Positions 38,874 through 52,383 of a stretch of 64,000 nucleotides of DNA are shown piece by piece. This stretch comes from Pecten maximus (Eukaryota). The stretch spans positions 35,960,001-36,024,000 of the forward strand of contig NC_047024.1 in assembly GCF_902652985.1 (NCBI RefSeq), in the 5' to 3' direction. How positions within the stretch are numbered: the stretch's first letter is position 1; each line of letters opens with the position of its first letter. The position numbers were made by a program, and so were the translations under genes. Under the pieces are notes generated by a model. That model had not been told where the DNA came from, made no database searches, and was given only the letters and a program-made list of their open reading frames with translations.

Positions 38874-39796
38874 CTGACAATAATTTTCACTGATAGATGT
38901 TATTTCATTGTTAACCAACTTTTGGATAAATAAATACCGGTACCTCATTTATACATATATGTAAGGTAGGCATTATGTCATATCAGAACTATTTTACCTC
39001 ACACCTTTATATTACCTGTTTAAACCTGAGTTATTCATTAGACCTCGATACAAACATACATTCTATTGTTGCTGTTCTGTCCGTCATTATCAGGTTGGGG
39101 AAAACTGCCAACTTGTTTATAATTACAAACTCGCAAATTATACGTAAGGATTTGTATTGCAAACTCGCAAATTACATGTAAGGTTTTGTTACTAAAAATG
39201 GCAAAAATCACTTAAACAGCAAATTTGGCAATATAGTATTTAAGGTGCATCAATTTAGGAAAATACTATTTTACTAAAATATGTTTACTGAAAGTTTTGT
39301 CTACTCAGGGAACTTGATGTTACTCTACTGGAACGGATAAATGAGTTATTTATTTACCCCCAAAACACCCATTAGTCCCAAAATGGTGTTCTATTCCGTC
39401 CTTATAGACCCTTAGTTACGTAGGTCAAAATTTCACAATAATGACCCGCCATTTTGTAAGTGACAGTGCAATTAACAACCGGAATCAAAACGCAATGGTC
39501 CGAAAAGACCAAATATCATTTATTGTGCTTTTCTTCCTATATAGTTTAAATCCAGAAAACTAAGCTTATTATTTCCCAAAACCTGTTATATTTTATACAA
39601 GAATACATGATTTACAAATTATAAGCAGTAAACTATGTAAACCTCGTATAGTGATTTTAGTTTGTGGTTCTGTCTCGACTTTTATGGCTGGCTATTTACA
39701 GATCAATGAAATGACTACACAGCTGATAAAGTTCAATCTTTGATAATATACAGAATGTAGTAGTGATGAGAAGACGAAATATGATGACAGAATATA

Positions 39797-41068
39797 CAGT
39801 CGAACCTGTCTATAAAGGACACCTAAGGGACAAGACAAAAGTGTCCTTTATAGAGAGGTGTCCTTTATATAGAGGTTCAACGAGTTATGTCCCTTATAAA
39901 CGAAGAAACAAACCAAAGTCTGTTTATAATACACTATATGTCTCCTGATTTATTATATTTAAACACTTAAACAAATGAATAAAAGACAAATGATTAAAGA
40001 TAAATGCTTAATTAATTAATTTTCAATCATTCATCTGACACAAAAATTGAAGTTGATATTTTTAATAATTGATATTAAGCCTATAGTTTCAAAACAAATC
40101 TTCACAATATCATACTATACTGATGAATATCTATTCAGACAAAAATACTCAACATAGTAAAAAAAATAAGGTAATTCTTATCATAGTAAAACAATTTTCA
40201 TGTTAATCCTCAATATTTTGGAAAATAAATATGTTTGAAATATCTTTTCTATTACAACATTAACTCTTTATAAATGAAAGTGTATTTTCCTCTGATAATT
40301 ATAATCTCTAAGCATTTATTTTGAGACATATTTTCTGAAATCCATGTAGGGATTTAATTTAATAAATACCGTTTTCTGGTTCAGTCAATTAGTATAGTGT
40401 ATACAAAGACACTCGGAACTCTTCAGCTGTTCTTAATATGTTACGTAGTCATATTCCAAGGAGTTCCGAGTGTGAGAAAATGGCGGCTGACAACCATGTG
40501 CCTGCCCTGTCAGATTTGCATACGGTTGATTTTGTAAGTAAAACAATTATGACAGACATAACTATTGCTTTGTCCCTCTTTTGTTGGTCTTGATAATGAT
40601 TTAATTACCCCCTGACCATTCTTGTTGTCTAGGCTATGGTTGAATGGCTAAGCTTAGCTGTCACCGGTGGGGTTGAGTAAACAAACACTTCTGCCGATGG
40701 CGATCGGTCACTCTCTTGTAATTACTGCCCATTGTTACAGCAACTTACAGGTAACAGGACAATTAGTGACTGATGAAGTGGCTTCCTAAGTTAGCATTGC
40801 TGCCAGAGGAGTTGAGTAATTAAGGCTTTGCTTGTTTAAATTAGAAACGTTTTACACACAAATATCAACACGGCTATGGTTTCACGTGTCTGTTATACAG
40901 ATTTTTTAACAACTTTACGGACAAAAATAAGTGTCCGCTGTCCGCATTAGGAAGGTGTCCGCTATATACACGATATTTATATAGTGATTTTCATTGGGGA
41001 TTCCTGTAAGTGTCCGTTATGGACAGGTGTCCGCTATATAAGGGTGTCCGCTATTACAAGTTTGACTG
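39797..41068. mobile_element. Tc1/mariner-pogo type non-autonomous element
   Basis: Imperfect TIRs cagtcgaacctgtctataaaggacac / gtgtccgctattacaagtttgactg; TA on both flanks; subterminal gtgtcc repeats. Confidence 0.8.
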
Positions 41069-42667
41069 TATACACAATGCTTATGTAACCCAACAGTGCG
41101 TCCAGCCCATATCTCATATGAAAAATATCCACCCCTGCCCCTCCCTGGGGATAAATGTACACAAAAATACCATGACTTTAACATGCCTACATGTACAACG
41201 GGAAAAGACCAGCCGAAATAACAATGGAATAACTGACTATATCATGCCTATAATTGAGAGAAAAATACCACCCAACCCGGGAAAATTTAGAGGTCTACGG
41301 CTGAAATATACTACATACTTGCCTCTATGAAAGAGAAAGACGAGCAGGCCAGCTACATGTAAGCCTCTGCCAGACTGTCATATAATAATAAAATGCACAG
41401 CTAAATGTCAGCTATATAGCTAATTTGGATTATGGCAAGACATGACGCTACAGTGATCATAAGAGTAATGTTGCTGTACCAAAACTAAATAAAGACATTT
41501 AACGGTTTAATTTTTTATTAAATATGTTATAGATTTATAAAATGATGGTCCATACATTTTAAAGAATGGCCCATAACAATTTTAAATGGCCCATTGATTT
41601 TTGGCATCAAGGGGCCATTGGCCCATTGGCATTTTTTTCTACCTGACCACTGCAACATGCACTCTGGTTTGTGGGATATGAATATGGAATTATGCACAAC
41701 ATGTAAGTGTTCAAAATCCAAATCTTTTACACTAAATAGAAATAAATGTTGTATTTTGTTTTTCATATTGCTCAATCACGCACTGATTAGGGTGATTAGG
41801 CTAAAGGGTGATTAGGCTACCCGTGACCTACAGTATATAGTTAGCAATATGGCACTGAGTCGAGTGTGAAATTTTGACCAACGTACAGCGAGGGCCTATA
41901 CAGACGGAATACAGCAATGATATGAGACTAAATGGGTGTTTTGGGGTAAATAAATATCTCATTTATCATTATATGTAAGGTAGGTGATATGTCATGCCCA
42001 ATTTTATTGTGTTTGCACCAAAATCTTAGTGATACCAAACAGTGTCGGAGAATTCCACGTTTTCATATTGTAGAGCGCTCTGGCCCTACACTAGACATGG
42101 TGTCAGGGCCAGAGGAAACTCGGGCTACAAGCTTTGGTATTTTCCAACATGCAAATAGTTTTAGTTTTGTAAACTTGTCTCGCTTTTTGTCACATATACC
42201 TTTTCCGTCATAAATGCTTTGATTTGCTACTGTTTTATAGCTATATTTAGCTATTATAGTGGAATATCACTATAATTGTGAAATCAGGACTTCTCCCCGA
42301 CCTGTTCAGAATATCCTCAGTCAAGTGCGTATACGTAATAGGCAAGTCTCCTGTCATGTCATGTCACACCACTCGATATTCCACAACATCAACATTTATA
42401 TAATTGTTTTCTATTTTTGGTGTACATGCTCCAATTCAATTATCTACCAGAGTATTTTGTAAAACCCATTTTTCCTTACCTTGGGCTTACCATTCTATAC
42501 GGGTGACTTTTGTGATCATGACCCAGTAACCCCGAACAGTGGTGTAACAGCACTGTCTTGTGTTTCTCTTGTTCTCCGAGTTATATGGAATCCCAAGGAA
42601 GTAGACAACGGGAAATCAATACAGTATGTATGTATTGCGTTCGAAGAAAATCCTAAAATATACTTAC

Positions 42668-42740
42668 CAATGCCCTTATCTGGGATATTTTATCGTCGAT
42701 CACTCTTGATCGAAGAGTTGCCGCCATTGATACTTGACCT
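42668..42740 (-). other. Probable first (5' UTR/uORF) exon of the RING gene
   Basis: ATGGCGGC (YY1-like) at 42727; perfect donor TTG|GTAAGT at 42667; CpG-containing context. Confidence 0.55.
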
Positions 42741-43442
42741 TTAACCTTTTAAAATAGAATTACGACTGTGATCATAAGGATGCTTGAAGCAGTAGGCTCT
42801 ACCGCAGCCAGTAAGCGTTTGTTAGACGCCGATACGTATATAAACAAAAAAACGGCAACGGACTGAAAGCGAAAGCAGGGAATGGAACATAGGTAATCGG
42901 TAATCGAGCGAAAGATGCTAAATATCTATATTTAAAGGAGAATTGCTGTTTTGAGTTTTACAGGAGTAATGATGCGTTTGAATAATAACTTATTGCATGA
43001 CTTGATAAAAGTGAGGTCGGTCACTGAAGTTCGAAGTTGAACAGGAAGTACGTTCTTGTCCGTAAGATGTTCATTTGTTATTAAAATATTTCTTAACACA
43101 ACGTTAAAATATAAAGACCAAAGTGCCTCTGTTAGTGACAGAATAAATAAAATCATATATATGACAGGTTGTTAAATGTACTGCAACAATGATTAATTAG
43201 TCACACCCTCTGATATGTAGCAGTTTTCATTCTACTTTGAAACTTCCCGCCATCTTGTCAATCATGTACTGGTTACACCCCTTGGTTCTACATAGCAACA
43301 AGGCAACAAACGTTGGCCACGATGTACTAATGATGGGCGGTGTGTTATGGTGATCTGTGACGGACCATACTTAGCAACTTTAGTCTGTCTTTCTGTGTGG
43401 CACCTGCCCTTGTCAGCTGGCCGAACCAAATATCTGGTAAGT
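42740..43442. promoter_or_regulatory. Candidate divergent promoter region with + strand donors at 42893 (GTAATC) and 43437 (GTAAGT)
   Basis: Raised CpG content, CCGCCATCTT motif at about 43247, opposite-strand first-exon-like donors. Confidence 0.4.
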
Positions 43443-46400
43443 AAAAAGGGTTTTATTTCATACTGCACACTATTATCTCCTATAAATATTGATGTATTGT
43501 GCTCCTGAGATTTGGAGTTAATAAATAAATAGGTAGTGTTGTTGAAACATTTAAATGCATTGAAGTATATCACTACATTTATGTATATATGGTTGTGTGT
43601 ATAGAATGTCATGGTCGACGGTGTGATAAATATTGGCTTGTCACCACATAGGAAGATTAGAACTACCTTGTCATCAGACAGGCAATGGTCACTTCCTCAA
43701 TCCTATTGACATTTCATATGGGACTTACACAGGTATATAATGCTACATATCAGTACCTTTCACGTTTGAATATTCTAATGGTGTCAGAAAAAGGCCTGTG
43801 CTATATTTCATACTGAATTGGATTTAACAATAGATTGGTTCACTGATCCCAATGTACATGGGATGTCTATTGTTGTGACTATGTATAGGTGTTACTTAGT
43901 CAAATAAGTTCCAGTCAGCACTATGTGTTAGAAGCCTACACTTATTGTAATCACAAGGATTTAAAAAAAAAAAATTCATTATAGATAATTAGTGTTTCCT
44001 GATTTTAAGGATTTATATGTACATGATACTTTAGATAATGCTGGATAAAACAATACCAGAATTATTGTTCAATAACTTGATAAACGCTTTTTTTCTGTAA
44101 TCATTTTTTCTCTCCGTTATCAACAGAAGAAAATACTTGAAAAAACATAAATTCATAGAACCAAAATTATGTAGGAAGATATATATACTTAAATGTATTA
44201 AGTATTTTCGCTTATTTTGCTCAGTATCAGTTTTAATATGTTTATCATATATTATATTGTGTATAATTAAAATTGATAAGCTGTATTTATTTTACTATAA
44301 GTTAATGAAAACAAGGTTTTTAAACCTTCATGATGCCCTGTCTCTTTATATACCTGGTATGTGAAAGTGTCTTCTCTTCTACCATTTACATCACCTGTCC
44401 TTCCATGATCAGAAATTTAATAAAGAACACAACCTTACAATAGTTGATGACATGCTTTTAACATATTCATATACTTGGAATTATTCGGGTAATTTGTACA
44501 TGAAACACTTCTTAGGGATATGAATTGAATGTTCACAGTTTAATTATGATGTTTTTTTAAATGCAATCCATTGATTTATGTCCGAAGTTTTTTTTCCATG
44601 CAGTTCTAAGTTACATTATATATTCAGTTGCTGAAAGTTGTCTTCACTTTACAGTATTATATATAATACATTGTACATTGACAGTTAACATACCTTTATA
44701 GTTTACATGCTGGGAAATACTGTAGATGCTGAGAGTTGCTGTCCTAAACTTGATAATCTTTATAATTTACATAGTTTTTAAAAGTGAACATCAAGTTTGA
44801 ATTATATTGTTACTGTAGTTGTCTAGTTTTCACTCTAGATTTGAACAGGTGAGTGTTATGTACCTACAGTTAGCAATGTTGAGCATTGTCAGCTCTTGGA
44901 AGGGTGACCATTCTGTTGTACCCACATGGTGCATGTTGCAGTTATCAAAGCCACTAGCTCTCTGTAATGTATCGTATAACATCTAATGTGATAACCTATT
45001 AAAAAATAAAGGTATACCTTTGTAGATTTACAATTAGTACAAAGATTGCATGCTGCAGGTTCTGCAAGAACAAAATGGGATTTATACACAGTTGCTGATT
45101 AAGATTGCATTAAGTCTGTACATTCCCTGTGTAAATGCAGCAGGCATTATACATGATAAAACAGTATTTACCTGGTTACTAACAACTTTAAGATGTTTGA
45201 AAAACAACAGGTAAAGTCATTGTGTAGTTCTAGTTTTAAGTGAAATTAAATCTCCCTTGTTTCTCTTTATACACGGAACCCAAACCCTGACTTGACGTTT
45301 GTTGATTTAGTTACCAGAATTTTAATAATTAACCCTTTGTTAGAATGTTTCCACCCTCGATAATCATTTCAGCTGTTGTTCGGGTTACATGGCTGTAGAT
45401 TCTGTTTTAGGCAGAATGTTATATGAAAGTTTACATTTATGTCGGACATTGGTTTTCTTCAAAGTCTGATCACAAACAGTTTACACAGAGATCCGAGGCT
45501 GACCATAGTTATTGATTTTCCAGGTAAGCAACTTTTCTTTCAGGAACTGGAAAGGAATGTCTGAATTATAGATTGAACAACTGTGTTCCATGGTCATGGA
45601 TCTTACAGCCTTGTGTTATCGTGAATCTTATTGAATGGTAATGTTAATTTTTGTTGGAAAGAATTGGTATTGTTGAAAGAAATATCAACATGGGACTGAA
45701 GTACTCAAGGTCAAGATAACAGGCTGTTAATGTTCATTTTTATGATAAAAGCAGAGCTGTTCCAAAAGGCTATTCAGGTGATATATAATGCTTGAGTATT
45801 GACAGATGTACATTAAAGTGTCACTTTAACCTAAACACTGTATATATACGGTATTTACAGAGTTTTGATAACCCTGAGTTTATTGCTGCCTCTACAATTT
45901 AATGGGTGTGGCTTTAAATCTTTCTTTTTCGCCAATATGACATCTTGTTTAAAATTTGTGCTTGATCCCTATAATTCTGATACATTTACTACAAGTTTCA
46001 CAATTAACAAACTTCAAATGCACCAACAAATATCATAATTGTCAATGACTCGTTCCTCTTGACAGACTTAAACAGCTGAAATAATTTAAAATAAACAAAT
46101 GAGATGAACTTAAGCTATATACTTTGCTATCGCTAGTTTTCGTGTATTGCATTATTGGTACATATAATTTCACATAATAATTTTGAAAAAATACAATATT
46201 CAGTACACATTAAAAACGAACATGTCAGAGATTGTTTTAGATGTTCACTCTTTCAAACAATATTCCTAGTGTATCTGAGTTACCTCCTTTCCTGTTTCAT
46301 GATCAGCTGTTAAGGACTCGCACAACTAAATGATTTACCATATGTTATTAGTAGTGACTCAATCCCCTCATTCGCTCGTTTGAAGTGCAGATGATGTGAA

Positions 46401-47121
46401 ATTTATATCAACTTAAAGTTTGAAGTTTTTGCTACCATAAATGATTTTATTGTATAGGTTTAATGGCAAATAAGAGCACACAGGTACTTGAAAGACAGTA
46501 ACCCTATATGTACATTGGACGGGGAACTACCACCTGGGGAATTCTTACCTTTTTTCACCTGTAGTCCTGCATCTTTCTATTATCAGTAGGTGTGTTTAGT
46601 TTTGTTTTCCAAGTCTTAAGTCATTATGCTCTATTTTCTTATAGAAATACCTATTCCATACATTGCTTAGTCAAGAAAATAGCTACAAACCGCAAAAACA
46701 TATTTCCATTAGGGGCTTGGTAAAAGGTGACACAGCGGTTGATTGGCTAATTAAGTTGTGTGAGTCCTTTCAGAGACTATAAACAGATTGATTTCCTCTT
46801 CGTGACATTTTTTCTGGTAAACTTACGTAAGGTATCCACACCTGAATTCTATTTTGTATTTCGTTATCAACAAGATAACGTGCGAGAAGTGATATCCCCT
46901 CAGTAATCCACACCTACTTACAACTGGAGAGCTGGACTTTTAAACCAGTTTAAAAAACCTTGCACAGTGACGATGCAGTTTAATTTTATTGATCATAGTC
47001 TATAGCATAGCAATGTTTTTTTTATCAAAGTTTATATGAAAGAAAACTAATCTTTTATTTTATCCCGTCTTGGGATAGAATTCATGAAACTAAAGTTATA
47101 TGTAGTTGATGTAACAGTGCA

Positions 47122-48922
47122 TTGTACCAGGTGTTGTACCAGGTGTTGTACCAGGTGTTGTACCAGGTATTATTCCATGTGTTGTACCAGGTGTTGTACC
47201 AGGTGTTGTACCAGGTGTTGTACCAGGTGTTGTACCAGGTATTGTACCAGGTGTTGTACCAGGTATTGTACCAGGTGTTGTACCAGGTATTGTGTCAGGT
47301 GTTGTACCAGGTGTTGTTCCAGGTGTTGTACAAGGTGTTGTACCAGGTATTGTACCAGGTATTGTACCAGGTATTGTGTCAGGTGTTGTACCAGGTGTTG
47401 TTCCAGGTGTTGTACCAGGTGTTGTACCAGGTGTTGTACCAGGTGTTGTTCCAGGTGTTGTACAAGGTGTTGTACCAGGTATTGTACCAGGTATTGTACC
47501 AGGTATTGTGTCAGGTGTTGTACCAGGTGTTGTACCAGGTGTTGTACCAGGTGTTGTACCAGGTGTTGTGTCAGGTGTTGTACCAGGTGTTGTACCAGGT
47601 GTTGTACCAGGTATTGCACCAGGTGTTGTACCAGGTGTTGTACCAGGTGTTGTACCATGTATTGTACCAGGTATTGTACCAGGTATTGTACCAGGTGTTG
47701 CACCAGGTGTTGTACCAGGTATTGTACCAGGTGTTGTACCAGGTATTGTACAAGGTATTGTACCAGGTATTGTACCAGGTGTTGTACCAGGTATTGTACC
47801 AGGTATTGTGTCAGGTGTTGTACCAGGTATTGTACCAGGTGTTGTACCAGGTATTGTACCAGGTGTTGTACCAGGTATTGTACCAGGTATTGTGTCAGGT
47901 GTTGTACCAGGTATTGTACCAGGTGTTGTACCAGGTATTGTACCAGGTATTGTGTCAGGTATTGTGTCAGGTGTTGTACCAGGTGTTGTGTCAGGTATTG
48001 TGTTAGGTGTTGTACCAGGTGTTGAACCAGGTGTTGTACCAGGTGTTGTACCAGGTGTTGTACCAGGTATTGTACCAGGTATTGTACCAGGTATTGTACC
48101 AGGTGTTGTACCAGGTATTGTACCAGGTATTGTGTCAGGTGTTGTACCAGGTATTGTACCAGGTGTTGTACAAGGAGTTGTACCAGGTATTGTACCAGGT
48201 GTTGTACCAGGTGTTGTACCAGGTATTGTGTCAGGTGTTGTACCAGGTATTGTACCAGGTGTTGTACCAGGTGTTGTACCAGGTGTTGTACCAGGTGTTG
48301 TACCAGGTGTTGTACCATGTATTGTACCAGGTGTTGTACCAGGTATTGTACCAGGTGTTGTACCAGGTGTTGTACCAGGTATTGTACCAGGTGTTGTACC
48401 AGGTGTTGTACCAGGCATTGTACCAGGTGTTGTACCATGTATTGTACCAGGTGTTGTACCAGGTGTTGTACCATGTATTGTACCAGGTGTTGTACCAGGT
48501 GTTTTACCAGGTGTTTTACCAGGTGTTGTACCAGGTGTTGTACCAGGTATTGTACAAGGTGTTGTACCAGGTATTGTACAAGGTGTTGTACCAGGTGTTG
48601 TACCAGGTATTGTACCAGGTGTTGTACCAGGTGTTGTACCATGTATTGTACAAGGTGTTGTACCAGGTATTGTACCAGGTATTGTACCAGGTGTTGTACC
48701 AGGCATTGTACCATGTATTGTACCAGGTAGTGTACCAGGTGTTGTACCAGGTATTGTACCAGGTGTTGTACAAGGAGTTGTACCAGGTATTGTACCAGGT
48801 ATTGTACCAGGCATTGTACCAGATATTGTACCAGGTATTGTACCAGGTATTGTACAAGGAGTTGTACCAGGTGTTGTACCAGGTGTTGTACCAGGTATTG
48901 TACCAGATATTGTACCAGGTAT
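47122..48922. repeat. 12-bp minisatellite (ttgtaccaggtg/a), about 150 copies
   Basis: Direct inspection; source of the CCTR, VVPG and TTPG ORFs. Confidence 0.98.
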
Positions 48923-49825
48923 TATACTACTTCTTGCATTGACCGGTCCATGCAGTGAGAATGTAAGAATTGTACCTACTGACTCCCAGCTCAATTCAGT
49001 TTAGCTTCTTGATCTCTCTTCTCTAAATCTGTTTTCTTTCTATTGATACTAAAGTGATACTACTATTTAAATGTACAGGCGTTTCACTATGGCATTCATC
49101 AATGATGAAGTCTTCTAGTAAATGTTTTTAAAATTCTGATTAAGTTTTCAGATAGGATTAGGATAACAGTACCTTACAAATCAAATATAAACCGGATAGG
49201 TAAATCATAACACACCCCTCTGTTATAATATTATTCAATTTAGTGGCATTATATAAAAGTAACACTCATGCAGACCCTTGGAATATATCATAACACACCT
49301 CTGATATGTAGCTCTGGTATAATGGGATTCAGTCTGGTGACATTATAAAGAAGTACCACTCAGACCATGGGAATATATTTCAACACTCCCCTGATATGTA
49401 GCTCTGTGATAATGGAACTCACGCTAGTGGCCTTATACAGAAATACCAGACTCAGACCATGCATTGGAATAAATGACAGTACCGTGACATCTTCTGATTA
49501 TTTAAATGTAAAGGCATTCATTCTTAGTGGTAAAGTCTGATGATATTCAGAAGAACTACGGTATATTATATAGTGTTACTTACCTTGGATTGACTAGTGA
49601 TGGAATTTTGCCAGAATGGTTTTTATTGAAAAATTGTGAAAGATTTTTTTCTTTTAATTTCTTTCAATCAGCATCATCGTAATTGTAATCTTTGATGTTG
49701 TCATGGTCGTTGTCATGGAATCTTTGTATAACTTGGATATGGCTGATTTTACCCCTACAGTATTTATCTGGCAATGATTCTTGAGTCAAAGTATACTGTT
49801 TGCTTGCTGGGATTGCCTGTTACCA

Positions 49826-50095
49826 GTTACCTATCCACTTTGTGCCTTGTGACACCTATATCAAGGCTTTTACACAGCTCTTCCACCTCTTCCAGTTTGC
49901 TGCTGCAATCCAAACTTTGATCCGGGTTGATGATCTCCAACATGCATCTCTTTCTTTCTCCACCGTACGCCTCTACATCATCTTTGGTCGTCGTCTTTTC
50001 CATTTTCTTCTGGGTGCAGATCATTAAGTCACATAGCAGCCATTATTCTTATCTCCCCTCATGACATGTTCTATTATCATCCATCCATGCTGGGC
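49826..50095 (-). mobile_element. RTE-type LINE 3' remnant
   Basis: - strand reads EHVMRGDKNN..APRRKWKRRRPKMM*RRTVEKERDACW..AANWKRWKSCVKAL, like the RTE ORF C-terminus, with stops. Confidence 0.7.
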
Positions 50096-50450
50096 GTACT
50101 TCACACACGTGTTCAGGGTAAATACAGAACATTCTATTATAGCTTATACATTTAAATTGTTGGACTTCTTTACTGTCAGATTAATAAGTGTAGTAATAAC
50201 AAAAGGCTGGGAACAGGGTTTTATATATATCATATCATTCCTGTCTGGAGGGTAAGTTTCAATCTCAGGTAGGGAAAGATTCAATTAACCTCATGATCCA
50301 TAGTCGAAAAGTTAACGTACAACTTCAAATATAAGAAACTACAAAAAGTAGGAGAACCGACACTCCTATCATTTCTAATGGCGGTAATCTTCTTGGATGG
50401 ATATAGCTGATGGTGTTCAATAGAAATCATTCCTATGTGGTGAACATAAC

Positions 50451-50583
50451 GGAAATAAAAGCTTCTCAACATCCATGGTTATCGTCTTTATTATGATCAG
50501 GATGTCATCGAAAACATGTCAACGACATCTAAACCATAATAAAGGAGATTAACAGTCTTGGATGTTGAGAAGCTTTTAATTCC
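50451..50583. repeat. Imperfect 133-bp palindrome (fold-back)
   Basis: ggaaataaaagcttctcaacatcca pairs with tggatgttgagaagcttttaattcc; ctttattatg with cataataaag; gatgtc with gacatc. Confidence 0.8.
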
Positions 50584-51175
50584 AAATATAAACTTCAAAT
50601 TCATTTGATGTAGAGAGACTATTGAGTCTACTAACAAAACTTACCAGGAACATAGCATACTGATTCCAACAGCCAAATTGTAATTAAAATCATGCTCGGT
50701 ACTCAATTACCTTTGTCCTAATTTCTGGATTTTAAATACTCTGTATACATTATAAAGGTGTAGAATTACAAATTTCCCACAGCAGACTAATAGCTATTAA
50801 TTAAAATATATATTAAATTTGATCACACAGGTACTTAATGAGATAGAGTTACCATGTAGTGTGAGAAGACACACCTATAGCATTACACAGGTAATGAGGG
50901 ACACTAGAACAATAGCAGTATAGGGTCAAAGCATTTAAAGTCCCGGATAGTTTGGCAGGTAGAAACGGGAGGCCAGGTTTGTTTATACGCTATCTCCCGT
51001 TACTAGCCTGTGTTGACTGGAGAGCTCGCGATAGGTTGAGAGAGGATTCCTGGTCAATGGTCGGTGTAGTCTACCACGACTCTTTACCTGTCCTTCAATA
51101 ATGAGAGTGGATTGTGTCTTTACCAATAGACACATGTGTTTGTGTTCCCATTTTCTGTCCATTGTTCAAATGTAA

Positions 51176-51195
51176 ATGGAAACATTAGTCCAGAG
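51176..51195 (+). CDS. Candidate start exon of the intermediate filament gene (METLVQR)
   Basis: taaATGG start and perfect donor AG|GTAAGT in phase 2, matching the phase-2 acceptor at 55536. Confidence 0.6.
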
Positions 51196-52171
51196 GTAAG
51201 TGGTTTGTCCGTTGTTTATCTGGACGGCCTCGGCTACTGTGTGTGTACCGGTAAATGTCATTTTGGTTGGAGTTCAATTCTGGCTCCTAAACATATGCCA
51301 CTTGAATGGGAATTTGCCAAAAGTTTTTGACTTATCAAAATATTGTTTTGGAATTGAAAAATGGTATAAGATATTTTGCTTAGACATTTTATGTTGCAAT
51401 GAATGAGAATGCAAATGCTTATAAAGCAATATTCAAAGTTTAATGGTTGTCACATTGGCTATATATATTTTTGGCTGTTAAAAATTTAGCTGACGTTTAA
51501 GAACAAATTGATGTTGAAAAATTATTGGAAGTTAAAGCATGGTCTGATTATATGGAGTAATGACATCCTAACTGACCACTATAAGGATACCTTCAGTGTG
51601 ATATTTCTGAATGTTCAGGATATTATATAGGAAAATCAAACGAACTGTTTTCAAAACCCTGACATTCTCCCATAATATTCTGACCCTGAATGATCACAGC
51701 TGAGGAGATAGAAAAGTCGGATACACAAATCAAACCTGAAGAAATTAGAAATATCCAGGAATATAATTAACTTAGAATGTCCGAAGTATAAACCAGTGAC
51801 CAGTGACTATACTTCAGAAAGTTTATTGATTTACTACCAAGATAAGTCAACAAATACACCTGAAATCTATAGCTCCCGGCCACTTCACAAACGCTCTCTA
51901 AGTAGTCAAATGACCAATAAAATATGAATTACAAACAGTCATGTTATTCCTGCATGAAACAGAGAATGATCAAATCTCTTGTAAATCAATGAATTGTTGC
52001 ATACAGACCTTCCTATAACTGATTAATAACTTATGATTAAAAAAAAAATACAGATAAAATTTGATTTAGACTCATTCCTATTCTGTAGTTTTAAATTTCA
52101 GTTTCATTATCGATTCATTAAAAGCAAATGGTATGTACAGTTAGATGGTGAACTTTCACCTGAAATAAAAT

Positions 52172-52383
52172 GGTGGCCGAGTGGTTAAGGTGTCCCGACA
52201 CTTTATCACTAGCTTTCCACCTCTGGGTTGCGAGTACAAAACCCATGTGGGGTAGTTGTCTGGTACTGACTGTAGGCTGGTGATTTTTCTCCGGGTACTC
52301 CGGTTTTCTTCCACCTCCAAAACCTGGCATGTCCTTAAATGCCTGTGGCTGTTAATAGGACATTAAACAAAATAAACCAAACC
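52172..52383 (+). mobile_element. tRNA-derived SINE with V-type core
   Basis: A box ggtggccgagtggttaagg, degenerate B box, core tttttctccgggtactccggttttc, tail aaaccaaacc. Confidence 0.85.

Noticed and set aside
39357-39452. Alternative first exon (AAAATGGCGG motif with GTAAAT donor)
   Set aside because: Overlaps a sequence repeated in inverted form at about 41900, and its ORF stops before the donor; cannot be told apart from repeat DNA
47084-49004. Elastin-like (VPG), Cys-rich (CCTR) or mucin-like (TTPG) ORFs
   Set aside because: 12-bp minisatellite open in most frames; no exon boundaries identified
52172-52250. tRNA gene
   Set aside because: Degenerate B box, no acceptor stem, and continues into a SINE core and tail
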